Source of the DNA: Terriglobales bacterium
GTDB taxonomy: Bacteria; Acidobacteriota; Terriglobia; Terriglobales; SCQP01
Direction of reading: 5' to 3'
NCBI GenBank assembly: GCA_025451775.1
Contig: JANWJU010000131.1
Location: 1,421 to 65,420, forward strand
DNA length: 64,000 nucleotides
Shown: positions 14,673 through 23,596 of the stretch, piece after piece
Layout of the letters: the number at the start of each line of letters is the position of its first letter
Numbering within the stretch: position 1 is the stretch's first letter
Translations under genes and position numbers: made by a program
The notes under the pieces: generated by a model
What the model saw: the letters and a program-made list of their open reading frames with translations, nothing else
What the model was told of the DNA's origin: nothing
The model's database searches: none

Positions 14673-15766
14673 TCGCCGTTGCCATGTCCGGCGGGGTGGA
14701 CAGCTCGACGGTCGCAGCCATGCTGCACGCCGAGGGGGACGACGTCGTCGGCCTCACCATGCAGCTTTGGAATCAGCGCCGTCTGGCGGGCGCGCCCGGC
14801 ATGGGGGAGCGCCGAAGCGGGCGCTGTTGCTCGCTCGACGATGTCCACGACGCCCGTCGCGTGGCCGAGACGCTGGGCATCCCCTACTATGTCGTCAACT
14901 TTGAGGATCGCTTCGAACAGGACGTAGTACGCCCCTTCGCCGCCGCCTACGCCGCCGGCCGCACGCCCGTGCCGTGCAGCTTGTGCAACACGGCGGTCAA
15001 GTTCGACCAGCTCCTCGCCACCGCCCGGCAAATCGGGGCCGATAAAATCGCCACCGGCCATTACGCCCGCGTCAGCCACAACCCCCAGACCGGAGTGCAC
15101 GAGCTGCGCCGCGGCTTGGACGACTCCAAGGATCAGACATTTTTCCTCTGGGGTCTGACCCAGGAGCAGCTCAGCCGCGCCCTGTTCCCGCTCGGCGGCT
15201 TGACCAAGGCCGCAGTCCGCGCCCGAGCCGCTGGCTATGGGCTGCAGGTGGCCGACAAGCCCGACAGCCACGAGATCTGTTTCGTCCCCGGCAACGATTA
15301 CACCGCCTTTCTCGACGCCTACGCCGCCGAACAAGGCGCTCCCTCAACCCCGACTGCGGGCGAGATGGTCTCGACTGACGGCCGCGTCCTCGGCACCCAC
15401 CCTGGCGTGCAGCACTTCACCGTGGGTCAGCGCAAGGGCCTGGGTGTCACCGCACCCAACCCGCTCTATGTCTTGCAGACTGACGCCGCCACCCGGCGCG
15501 TCGTGGTCGGCGCTGATTCCGACCTCATGCGCCGCGAACTCGCCGCCAGCGCCTGCCATTGGATCGCCGGCGCTCCACCTGCAGCGCCCATCCGCGTTAC
15601 CGCCCGCATTCGCCATCGTCACCGCCCTGCCGCCGCCTGGGCCGAACCTCTCCCCAACACCCGCCTGAGGGTCACCTTCGACGCGCCCCAACGCGCCATC
15701 ACCCCCGGCCAGTCGGTGGTGCTCTACCAGGACGATCTCGTGCTCGGCGGGGCCTGGATCGACTAA
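14669..15766 (+). CDS. mnmA: tRNA 2-thiouridine(34) synthase MnmA
   Basis: Start MIAVAMSGGVDSS (PP-loop), then ..CCSLDD.., CNTAVKF and ATGHYAR. ATGA overlap with the desulfurase stop. Confidence 0.95.
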   Translation: MIAVAMSGGVDSSTVAAMLHAEGDDVVGLTMQLWNQRRLAGAPGMGERRSGRCCSLDDVHDARRVAETLGIPYYVVNFEDRFEQDVVRPFAAAYAAGRTPVPCSLCNTAVKFDQLLATARQIGADKIATGHYARVSHNPQTGVHELRRGLDDSKDQTFFLWGLTQEQLSRALFPLGGLTKAAVRARAAGYGLQVADKPDSHEICFVPGNDYTAFLDAYAAEQGAPSTPTAGEMVSTDGRVLGTHPGVQHFTVGQRKGLGVTAPNPLYVLQTDAATRRVVVGADSDLMRRELAASACHWIAGAPPAAPIRVTARIRHRHRPAAAWAEPLPNTRLRVTFDAPQRAITPGQSVVLYQDDLVLGGAWID

Positions 15767-15776
15767 GTCCGATCGA

Positions 15777-16514
15777 CTAAGACGGATCGAGCGAAGTCGC
15801 CGCGCTCCCGGCTCCCATCGTCCCCATCAGCCGTGGCAGCACCCGCTGCCGCATGCGGTGCGCGTAGGCCAGACTCCAGATGATCGTGACCACCGTCATC
15901 GATCCCAGCAATAGCGGCGAAATCACCAGCACCCACGCGGCCGCCACGGTGTCGATCAACGCCACCCGGATCACCAGCTCGCCCACGAAGACGATGCCCC
16001 AGATCGAAGTCACCAACCGGTTGCCGTGCCGCACTTCAGCCAGCGTCCACGATTCATCGAAGCGGCGTCGCTTGCCGGGATCGGGGCCGGCGATGAAATA
16101 TCGGCCAAAGTAAAACATCAGCGGCCGCGGCATGAGCAGCGAAACAAAGCACGCCGCGCCAAACGCACCGGTGAAGAGCGACTCGCGCAGCAGCAGCAGC
16201 TTCGGGCTTCCGCCCAGCACCAGCGCGCCCGCGTCCACCGCGATCCCCAGCAGCACCACCAGCGCAATGGGATCGAGCTGCCACTCCCGCGCCAATCCCC
16301 AAAGGCTCTCGCCCACCGGGAACAGCGTGGCAAAGATCAGCGCCGTCAGCTCCGATGGGGAGACGAACCGCTTCGAGAGCTGATACAGGACTACGGGGAC
16401 GACGGTGTTGAGGGCAATGCTCCAGAAAATCCCGTGCAGCAGGCGATCGCCGGAATCGGACGAGGCCGCCGGCGCTTGCAGCGGCGGCCTCAGTAGCTGC
16501 TGGCGCTGCCGCAT
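15777..16514 (-). CDS. Integral membrane protein, function unknown
   Basis: 245 aa with about 6 hydrophobic segments and high third-position GC in frame. No family recognised with confidence. Confidence 0.6.
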   Translation of the reverse strand: MRQRQQLLRPPLQAPAASSDSGDRLLHGIFWSIALNTVVPVVLYQLSKRFVSPSELTALIFATLFPVGESLWGLAREWQLDPIALVVLLGIAVDAGALVLGGSPKLLLLRESLFTGAFGAACFVSLLMPRPLMFYFGRYFIAGPDPGKRRRFDESWTLAEVRHGNRLVTSIWGIVFVGELVIRVALIDTVAAAWVLVISPLLLGSMTVVTIIWSLAYAHRMRQRVLPRLMGTMGAGSAATSLDPS

Positions 16515-17053
16515 GCGGCGCTTTCTCCGCCGGGCCGCTGGCTCAGCCGGTGCGCGCGGCGCACGCCCGCGGCCTCAAAACGCCGCCGCTCAGCCTCGGT
16601 CTCGGGGATGACCTGCGGCACCGCTTGCCGCCCTCCGTGCTCATCAACAGCTACGAACGTCAGATAGGCGGAGCTGGTATGCCGCCGCTCGCCATCCTGC
16701 ATCGATTCGGAGTAGACCTTGACGCCCACCTCCATCGAGGTGGTGAAAACGCGGTTGACGCTGGCCTTCAGGATGAGCAGCTCCCCTACCGTGACCGGGT
16801 GCCGGAAATCCATGTGGTCCACCGACGCCGTCACGCAGATGCGGCCGGCGTGACGACAGGCGGCGATGGCGCCGCACAGATCGACCAAGTGCATCACCTT
16901 GCCCCCCAGCACGTTGCCCATGGTGTTGGCGTCGTTGGGCAGCACCAGCTCGGTCATCTCCGCCTGGGAGACGCGCACCGGCCTGCCGGCGGGCGCGGCT
17001 AGCGAATCACGCGGCGACCCAGGGAGCGAAGAAGAAGGCGAGGCATCCGGCAT
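16490..17053 (-). CDS. Acyl-CoA thioesterase (hotdog fold, YciA-like)
   Basis: ..ELVLPNDANTMGNVLGGKVMHLVD..ASVDHMDFRHPV..GELL.. is typical of the family. The start is set at the internal ATG 17053, just after the stop of the upstream gene. Confidence 0.85.
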   Translation of the reverse strand: MPDASPSSSLPGSPRDSLAAPAGRPVRVSQAEMTELVLPNDANTMGNVLGGKVMHLVDLCGAIAACRHAGRICVTASVDHMDFRHPVTVGELLILKASVNRVFTTSMEVGVKVYSESMQDGERRHTSSAYLTFVAVDEHGGRQAVPQVIPETEAERRRFEAAGVRRAHRLSQRPGGESAACGSASSY

Positions 17054-17061
17054 GGCGCGCC

Positions 17062-17502
17062 TTAGGAGGAGGGATGGTTGGGGCGCACCGGAGTCTCTTT
17101 GCGTTTTTGGTACGACGCCAAGTAGCACTCGGCTTGCTTTTGCAGCACCGCGTCCGGATGGGGCTTCAACCACCGCCCCTGCTCCAGGTCGTATTGCAGC
17201 GTGCCATGCTCGCCGGGTGTGTGGTCGATCTCGCGCACGTAGTAGATCAGCACCATGCCATCGCGGTCACGGGCGATGCTGAAGCTATTTTTGTCGGCCT
17301 CGCGCTCGCTTGGCATCCAGGGGCATTTTTTCGCGTAGCCGAAATTGCACCACTGCTTCAGCATCTCCGGCGTGGGCGTCTCGCCTTGATGGCCAGGCGC
17401 GGTGCAGAACCCTTTCCAGGCATCCCCCAGCGGCAGGCGCGGGCGCGCGTGCCACGCCCATTCGGTGAACTCTTCCGTCGGCAGAAAAAAAGGACATGCC
17501 AT
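17062..17502 (-). CDS. Conserved hypothetical protein with 4 Cys
   Basis: 146 aa beginning MACPFFLPTEE... Coding-like codon bias. First gene of a three-gene minus-strand string ending at 15777. Confidence 0.6.
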   Translation of the reverse strand: MACPFFLPTEEFTEWAWHARPRLPLGDAWKGFCTAPGHQGETPTPEMLKQWCNFGYAKKCPWMPSEREADKNSFSIARDRDGMVLIYYVREIDHTPGEHGTLQYDLEQGRWLKPHPDAVLQKQAECYLASYQKRKETPVRPNHPSS

Positions 17503-17548
17503 AGCGAATCCGGATAAAGCCCTATATTATCAGGAAGGTTCGTGCACC

Positions 17549-17866
17549 ATGGCAACAAACCGGCGTGACGTCCTGGAGGAGTTCCTCCGCCAACATCCCG
17601 AGGACGCCTTCGCCCGCTACGGCCTGGCGATGGACCTGATGGGCGCCGGCGACAGCGCCGCGGCGCTGGAGCAGTTCCGCCTGCTGCGCGAGCGCCACCC
17701 CGACTACCTCGCCGCCTACCACCAGGCAGGCCAACTGCTCATCGCCCTGGAACGCCCCGCCGCGGCCCGGGTGTTGCTCGAGCAAGGCGTCGCGGCGGCG
17801 GGCACGCGCGGAGACACGCACGCCCAAGCCGAGATGCAGGGGCTGCTGGACGAGATCGACGGCTAA
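17549..17866 (+). CDS. Small TPR-like protein
   Basis: ATG 17549 is preceded by AGGAAGG. The 105-aa helical-repeat sequence reads ..DAFARYGLAMDLMGAGDSAAALEQF..PDYLAAYHQAGQLL... Confidence 0.6.
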   Translation: MATNRRDVLEEFLRQHPEDAFARYGLAMDLMGAGDSAAALEQFRLLRERHPDYLAAYHQAGQLLIALERPAAARVLLEQGVAAAGTRGDTHAQAEMQGLLDEIDG

Positions 17867-17929
17867 GGCGCGTCCCAGCCCCAACCAGCCTCCGCCTGAC
17901 TCACGTGGTCCTTTGGCCGCCGCCCGGCG

Positions 17930-18538
17930 CTACGCGGCCTCGGACTCATCGCCCACCAAAAATGACTGTTCGTGCCCGCAGTACACGCAGGTGCAGATGT
18001 GCACGCCCGTGATGTCGGCATGGGCCAGAGCCTCCGACGGCGGATGAAATGTTCGCAGGCACTCCGCGCAGGTCAGGTACAACCCATGGACAGGCCATTG
18101 TGCGATCCAGGGCAGGCGCCCGGGTAGCGAGATGGGCGCCGCGTGCCGCCGCAGCAGCCGTGCCACCGTGTCAAAAAGTTGCTGCACGGCCAACTCCTCG
18201 CGGTTGATGGCCGCATCCGCCGTCAGCGCATCCGATGGCAGGATATCGGCCGCGCTCACCGCCATGAGCGGCACCTGCGGAAACCGCTGCCGGATGATCG
18301 CCAGCAACTCCATGCCCGACATGCCGGGCATGCACAGATCACTGATCACCAGATCCGGTAGCGCGCGGCGCAAATAGGCCAGCGCCTTGAATCCGCCCTC
18401 GGCCACATGCACCACATAGCCCTCCCCGCGCAGCAGATCGGCGTACAGGCCGGCCAAGCTGACGTCATCGTCCACAAAGAGGATGCGGTAGGGGAACGGG
18501 CCCGATTCGTCGCCCTGAGATGGCATGAATACTCCCAA
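17930..18538 (-). CDS. Response regulator receiver domain fused to a C-terminal Cys-rich (zinc-ribbon-like) tail
   Basis: ILFVDDD.., ..DLVISDLCMPGMSG.. and ..LMAVSA.. are followed by ..TCAEC..(24 aa)..CTCVYCGH... An alternative start is ATG 18526. Confidence 0.8.
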   Translation of the reverse strand: MGVFMPSQGDESGPFPYRILFVDDDVSLAGLYADLLRGEGYVVHVAEGGFKALAYLRRALPDLVISDLCMPGMSGMELLAIIRQRFPQVPLMAVSAADILPSDALTADAAINREELAVQQLFDTVARLLRRHAAPISLPGRLPWIAQWPVHGLYLTCAECLRTFHPPSEALAHADITGVHICTCVYCGHEQSFLVGDESEAA

Positions 18539-18679
18539 CCGGATAGATTCCGTCGCTCATCTCAGCATGGCATCGTTCCCATGTACCATCAACCGCCCCG
18601 ATTGGCGTACAGCGCCGGAGTGGGGCTTAGGTACCTCCATGACGTGCCTGAGGCTCAGGCAGCCGGGCGCCCGCGCCCA

Positions 18680-21097
18680 TTAAGGCAGGGCGTCCTCGAC
18701 CTCGCGCAGCCAATCGGGGCGTTTCAGCACTTCCCGCGGCTTCGGCCCATCGGCGGGACCGACGATACCGTCGTTATACATGAGGTCAATGAGATGTGCG
18801 GCGCGGCCATAGCCGATGCGCAGCCGGCGCTGCAGCAGCGAGGTGCTCGCCTTGCCGTACTCCAGCACGACACGGATCGCATCTTCGAAAAGCGGATCGT
18901 TGTCGCCCGTATCGCCGCCGGCACCGCCCTCTGCCTCGCCGCCGGCGGCGTCCGATTCCTCCTTTGGTGCAGCCAGGAAGCTGTTGTCGAAGGTGGGCTG
19001 GCCTTGGCGCGCCCACGCCTCCACCACCGCCCCGATCTCCGGCTCGGTGACATAGGCGCCGTGCACGCGGTGGAAGCGCGACGTCCCCGGCGGCAGGAAC
19101 AGCATGTCGCCTTTACCCAACAGCAGCTCCGCCCCTTGCGAATCAAGGATCGTGCGTGAATCCACGCGCGTCGCCACGCGGAACGACATCCGCGCCGGAA
19201 AATTGGCCTTGATCAGCCCGGTGATCACGTCCACCGAGGGACGCTGGGTCGCCAGGATCAGATGCATGCCCACGGCCCGCGCCATCTGCGCCAGGCGCGT
19301 GATCGATTCCTCCACATTCTTGGCGTCGATGATCATCAGATCGGCGAGCTCGTCGATGATGATGACGATATAGGGCAGCGGGCGGTTCTCGTCCGTATCG
19401 GCGAGGTTGTCGAACAGTCCCGGCGTGCTGTTCTCGAACATGCGGTTGAACTGCGCGATGTTGCGCACTCCGCGGCTGGCCAACAACTTCAGCCGCCGCT
19501 CCATTTCCCGCGTGGCGTTGCGCAGCGCGTAGGCGGCGAGCTTGGGCTCGGTGATGATGGGGGTATAGAGATGCGGGATACCGTCGTACAAGCCCAGTTC
19601 CAGCCGCTTCGGGTCCACCAGAATCAGCCGTAACTGATCGGGAGTGGACTTGTACAGCAGCGAGGTGATCATGCTGTTGAGCGCCACGCTTTTGCCCGAA
19701 CCAGTCGAGCCGGCGATCAGCAGATGGGGCATGGCGGCCAAGTCGGTGACTACGATCTGCCCGTTGGCGTCCTTGCCCAACGCCATGGTGAGCGGCGACT
19801 TGGAACGCTGAAATTCGCTGGAAGCGATCACCTCGCGCAAGAAGATCGTCTCCCGGTGCGGGTTGGGCACCTCGATGCCCACCGTGCTTTTGCCGGGGAT
19901 GCGCTCGATATAGATGGATTCGGCCGCCAGTGCCAGGCAGAGGTCCTCGTTCAGCGCCGTGATGCGGTTATATTTGACCCCCGCCTGCGGCTTGAACTCG
20001 TAGGTGGTCACCACCGGGCCAGGGTTGATTTGCGTCACCTGGCCGCCGACGTTGAACTCTTCGCACTTGGCGGTGAGTCGCGCCGCCATGTCGCGCAGCT
20101 CCGCCTCCTCGACCCGGTTGCCGGGGCTGGGCTCCTGCAGCAGCGCGAGCGCGGGCGTGCGGAACTGGCCCGAGGAGATGCGCACCGGCTTCGGCTCCGG
20201 TTTAAGTTCCACCGGCGGCGCCACCTTGACCGCCAACGGCGCCGCCGCCATGGTGAGCGCCGGCGCGGGCGCGCTCTTATCTGGCAGACTCTCCAGCGCC
20301 CGCCGTGCCTGCACTGCCGCGCTCTCCGGTTCGGGGCGCCGCAGCCGGGCCGGAATAAACGCCGTCGGCACCATCACCGGCACCGCTGCCGCCTCCGCCG
20401 CTGCCTGCTCCCGTGCTTGAGCCGCGGCCGTCGCCCGTGCGCTTTGGTGCAGTTCCCGCCGTTGCTGCCGCGCTCGCCGCCACGTTGTCCAACCCGCCGT
20501 CATGGCGGCCCACCGGCGCGCCAGCGGCGCCACCAGCCGTTGCCACCGCGCCGCACACACCTCCGTCCACCAGGCCCGCAAGCGCGCCAGCGAGAAGGTG
20601 GTCGCCAAATACAGGCCGACCAGCAAGGCCGCCAGCGTGAGGAGATACGCCCCCGCCGGGTTAAACCACGCCGTCAGCGTCCCCGCGATCAGCGTACCCG
20701 CCGTCCCCTCCAGCGGCATACTGGATCGCCACAAAAAATGTTCCGGCACTTCGGCGATCAGCGTCGAAACCGCACCCATGGTGAGCAGCAGCCCGATGAC
20801 GTGGCTGAGGCGCGCCGCCGTCCCCGGGGCCCGAAACCACCGCATCGCCAGGCTGGCCAGGCCCACCACCAGCAAAAAGCTGGCGATCCCAATGACCTGG
20901 AACAGAACATCGGCGCACACCGCGCCCACCGGCCCCACCCAGTTCGCCGGCCGCGCCACCGCCGCCGCCGTGTCCCAGGAGGGATCGGCGGGATGGAAGC
21001 TGATGAGCGCCAGGCCCAACAACGTCGCCAGCACCAGAATCAGCAAGCCAATCAGCTCGTTGAAGCGCCGATTCGCCGTCGGATGCAGCAGGTTCAC
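18680..21097 (-). CDS. ftsK: DNA translocase FtsK/SpoIIIE
   Basis: N-terminal TM segments, an Ala/Pro-rich linker, a motor with Walker A GSTGSGKS, and a C-terminal gamma winged helix (..ASTSLLQRRLRIGYGRAAHLID..). The start is set at GTG 21097. The track start at 21250 would overlap uppP. Confidence 0.93.
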   Translation of the reverse strand: MNLLHPTANRRFNELIGLLILVLATLLGLALISFHPADPSWDTAAAVARPANWVGPVGAVCADVLFQVIGIASFLLVVGLASLAMRWFRAPGTAARLSHVIGLLLTMGAVSTLIAEVPEHFLWRSSMPLEGTAGTLIAGTLTAWFNPAGAYLLTLAALLVGLYLATTFSLARLRAWWTEVCAARWQRLVAPLARRWAAMTAGWTTWRRARQQRRELHQSARATAAAQAREQAAAEAAAVPVMVPTAFIPARLRRPEPESAAVQARRALESLPDKSAPAPALTMAAAPLAVKVAPPVELKPEPKPVRISSGQFRTPALALLQEPSPGNRVEEAELRDMAARLTAKCEEFNVGGQVTQINPGPVVTTYEFKPQAGVKYNRITALNEDLCLALAAESIYIERIPGKSTVGIEVPNPHRETIFLREVIASSEFQRSKSPLTMALGKDANGQIVVTDLAAMPHLLIAGSTGSGKSVALNSMITSLLYKSTPDQLRLILVDPKRLELGLYDGIPHLYTPIITEPKLAAYALRNATREMERRLKLLASRGVRNIAQFNRMFENSTPGLFDNLADTDENRPLPYIVIIIDELADLMIIDAKNVEESITRLAQMARAVGMHLILATQRPSVDVITGLIKANFPARMSFRVATRVDSRTILDSQGAELLLGKGDMLFLPPGTSRFHRVHGAYVTEPEIGAVVEAWARQGQPTFDNSFLAAPKEESDAAGGEAEGGAGGDTGDNDPLFEDAIRVVLEYGKASTSLLQRRLRIGYGRAAHLIDLMYNDGIVGPADGPKPREVLKRPDWLREVEDALP

Positions 21098-21212
21098 ACC
21101 ATCATGATACGTGCGCCGCCGCGCCCCCCGCCTAGGCCGAAATGCACCCCTGGGGTATCGAGCTGGGTACCCCTCAACCCCGCTATCTGTAATACTTTGG
21201 GGACGGCCTCTT

Positions 21213-22163
21213 ATGCTCACTGTCTGGCACGCCATCATTCTTGGGATCATTCAAGGGATCACCGAATTTTTCCCCGTCAGCAGCACCGCCCATCTCGTGC
21301 TCGTGCCCTGGATGCTGCACTGGCCCAGCGACGGCGGACTCACTTTTGACGTGGCGCTGCACGCGGGCACGCTGGCGGCTATCGTCGGTTTTTTCTTCAC
21401 CACCTGGGTGCGGATCATTCGCGCTGGTTTTGGCGCGGCCATCGACATCCACACCGGAGCGCCCATCGCCGGCGCCGCGCTGGCCTTCCAGCGCCGCCTG
21501 CTCTGGTTCCTGATCCTGGCCACCATCCCTGGCGGCGTGATTGGGCTCTTGTTCGAAAAGCAGATTGACACCACCTGGCGCAATCCGCTGATCATCGCCG
21601 CCAGCCTGATCGGCGTGGCCCTCGTCATGGGCTGGGCCGACACCCACTGCGCCGCGGCCCAGCCGCTGCTCTCCCGCGCCGCCGCCAGCCCTGGGGCTGG
21701 CGCCAGCAGCTTCAGCGCAGGAGGGCCGTCTGCGGCCACCCTGCACCGGCAAGCCAAGGACTTTGACCGCACCACCGCCTGGGAAGCGTGGTGGATCGGC
21801 TGTGCCCAAGCGGTGGCCGTCATCCCCGGCATCTCCCGCTCTGGCGCCACCATTACCGCGGGTCTGTTCGCCGGCATGACGCGCGAGGCGGCGGCACGCT
21901 TCTCGTTCCTGTTGGCCACGCCCATCATCGCCGGCGCCGTCCTCGACAAAGCTTGGGACGCCCATAAAACCGGCATCCCTGCCGCCATGCACGCCCCATT
22001 CCTCGCTGGCGTGCTCGCCTCCACGATCGTAGGCATCGTGTCGATCGGGCTGTTTATCCGCTTCTTGCGCTTTCAAACCCTGCGCTTCTTCGTCTGGTAC
22101 CGCATCATCCTCGGTCTGGCGGTGATCGCTCTATTCTTCTTCACCAATTTCCGCCAGTTCTAG
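21213..22163 (+). CDS. uppP: Undecaprenyl-diphosphate phosphatase
   Basis: MLTVWHAIILGIIQGITEFFPVSSTAHL.. and ..PGISRSGATITAG.. match the family. It carries an Ala/Ser/Gly-rich loop about 35 aa longer than in E. coli UppP. Confidence 0.93.
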   Translation: MLTVWHAIILGIIQGITEFFPVSSTAHLVLVPWMLHWPSDGGLTFDVALHAGTLAAIVGFFFTTWVRIIRAGFGAAIDIHTGAPIAGAALAFQRRLLWFLILATIPGGVIGLLFEKQIDTTWRNPLIIAASLIGVALVMGWADTHCAAAQPLLSRAAASPGAGASSFSAGGPSAATLHRQAKDFDRTTAWEAWWIGCAQAVAVIPGISRSGATITAGLFAGMTREAAARFSFLLATPIIAGAVLDKAWDAHKTGIPAAMHAPFLAGVLASTIVGIVSIGLFIRFLRFQTLRFFVWYRIILGLAVIALFFFTNFRQF

Positions 22164-22168
22164 CCGCC

Positions 22169-22516
22169 ATGACCGCGCAGGATTTTAGGCGCCTCGCTTT
22201 GAGCCTCCCGGGAGCCGAAGAGGGCTCCCACATGGGGGCGCAGGACTTCCGCGTCGGCGGCCATATCTTCGCCACCCTGGCGGCGGTGCGCCAAGGTTAC
22301 GGCAACCTCATGCTCACCGCTGAGCAACAAGCCGCCTTCGTCACCGAAATGCCGGAGTTGTTTCTACCCATCCCCGGCGGCTGGGGCCGGATGGGCGGCA
22401 CGCATCTCCGCCTCGCCGCGGCCGATGCCGCCACGCTGGCGGGCGCGCTGCGCGCCGCCTGGCAGACCCGTGTGGATAAGAACCTCGCCGCCCGGCGGCG
22501 CCGGAGCCGTTCCTAA
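22169..22516 (+). CDS. MmcQ/YjbR family protein
   Basis: 115 aa: ..LALSLPGAEEGSHMG..DFRVGGHIFATL.. is the typical family N-terminus. Confidence 0.7.
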   Translation: MTAQDFRRLALSLPGAEEGSHMGAQDFRVGGHIFATLAAVRQGYGNLMLTAEQQAAFVTEMPELFLPIPGGWGRMGGTHLRLAAADAATLAGALRAAWQTRVDKNLAARRRRSRS

Positions 22517-23497
22517 TTATTGTTTGGGGGTGGCGGGAGCCGCCGGGGCGGCGGGCGGGGCAGAACCCGCGGGTGCAGCCGCGGGCTCGGGACCAAAATA
22601 GCTGTCGCTGATCACCGGATGCGCGGCGGCGGTGATCTTGTCGATCTGGGCCTCCACCACCGGCGTGCTCAGCGCCTCGACAATCTGCGCCTTCACCTGC
22701 GGCAGCGGCTGCGGAGCGCGCGACTCGACCTCGACGATGTGATAGCCGAAGCGGGTGTGGATGGGATCGCTGATCTTGCCCACCGGCAGCGCCTTCACCG
22801 CCGTCTCGAACTCGGGCACGGTCTGTCCTGGCGCGATCACCCCCAACTCACCGCCCTGCGCCTTCGATCCGGGGTCATCGGAGTCCGTCTTCGCCAAGGC
22901 GGCGAAATCGGCCCCGTTCTTCAATTGGGTTTCGAGCTGCTGCACCTTGGCCAGCGCCGCCGCCTGCGTGCGCGGGTTGGGGCCGCCCGGCGTCTCCGCA
23001 TCCCCCACCAGGATGTGCCGCACCTTGGTCTGGACGTAATCCGATGTGTGGGCGTCATAGTAGGCCTGGATCTGGGCATCCGTCGGGGTTGCCGCTGCCT
23101 GCAGCTTGTCCACCAGCGCCTTGGCCAGCGCATTATCGCGGGTCAGCAGCATTTCGGCCTTGAACGCCGCATCCTGATCCAGTCCTTGCCGCTGCGCCGC
23201 GTCGACCAGCGCCAGCATCTTCGCCAGTTCATCGGCGACGGCGCGCTTGTTGGCCTCCATCTCGGCTTGATTCTGCGCCGGCGAGGACATCAGCAGCGCC
23301 TGAAACTCGCTGGCGTGCAACTGCGCTCCCCCCGCCGATATCACCACCGGATCGGAGGCGGCCGCTCCCATGGCGGCCGGCGTTGCGCTAGACCCAGTTT
23401 GCGAAGGCGTCTGTGCCAGCAGCCCGCTGCCGCAGCCCAGCAGTACCGCTGCGGCCACGATCACGCGGCTCACGCGGGGAAGAGAGGAAAAGCTCAT
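22517..23497 (-). CDS. Peptidyl-prolyl cis-trans isomerase (parvulin/SurA-PrsA-like), probable lipoprotein
   Basis: Lipobox-like LLGCGSG, then the parvulin domain ..VRHILVG.. and ..FGYHIVEV... Confidence 0.85.
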   Translation of the reverse strand: MSFSSLPRVSRVIVAAAVLLGCGSGLLAQTPSQTGSSATPAAMGAAASDPVVISAGGAQLHASEFQALLMSSPAQNQAEMEANKRAVADELAKMLALVDAAQRQGLDQDAAFKAEMLLTRDNALAKALVDKLQAAATPTDAQIQAYYDAHTSDYVQTKVRHILVGDAETPGGPNPRTQAAALAKVQQLETQLKNGADFAALAKTDSDDPGSKAQGGELGVIAPGQTVPEFETAVKALPVGKISDPIHTRFGYHIVEVESRAPQPLPQVKAQIVEALSTPVVEAQIDKITAAAHPVISDSYFGPEPAAAPAGSAPPAAPAAPATPKQ

Positions 23498-23596
23498 CTT
23501 TAGATTACATCACGATTCCATTGGCGCCGGGGCCGCGCCCGCGGGCGACCCCCTACTCTGCTAAGCTGTCGCAGTCATCATCCGGAAGGGGACACC

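Noticed and set aside
21098-21250. FtsK start at 21250
   Set aside because: It would overlap the divergent uppP start region. The extra 51 residues are Arg-rich, non-membrane and unlike FtsK N-termini. GTG 21097 immediately precedes the first TM segment.
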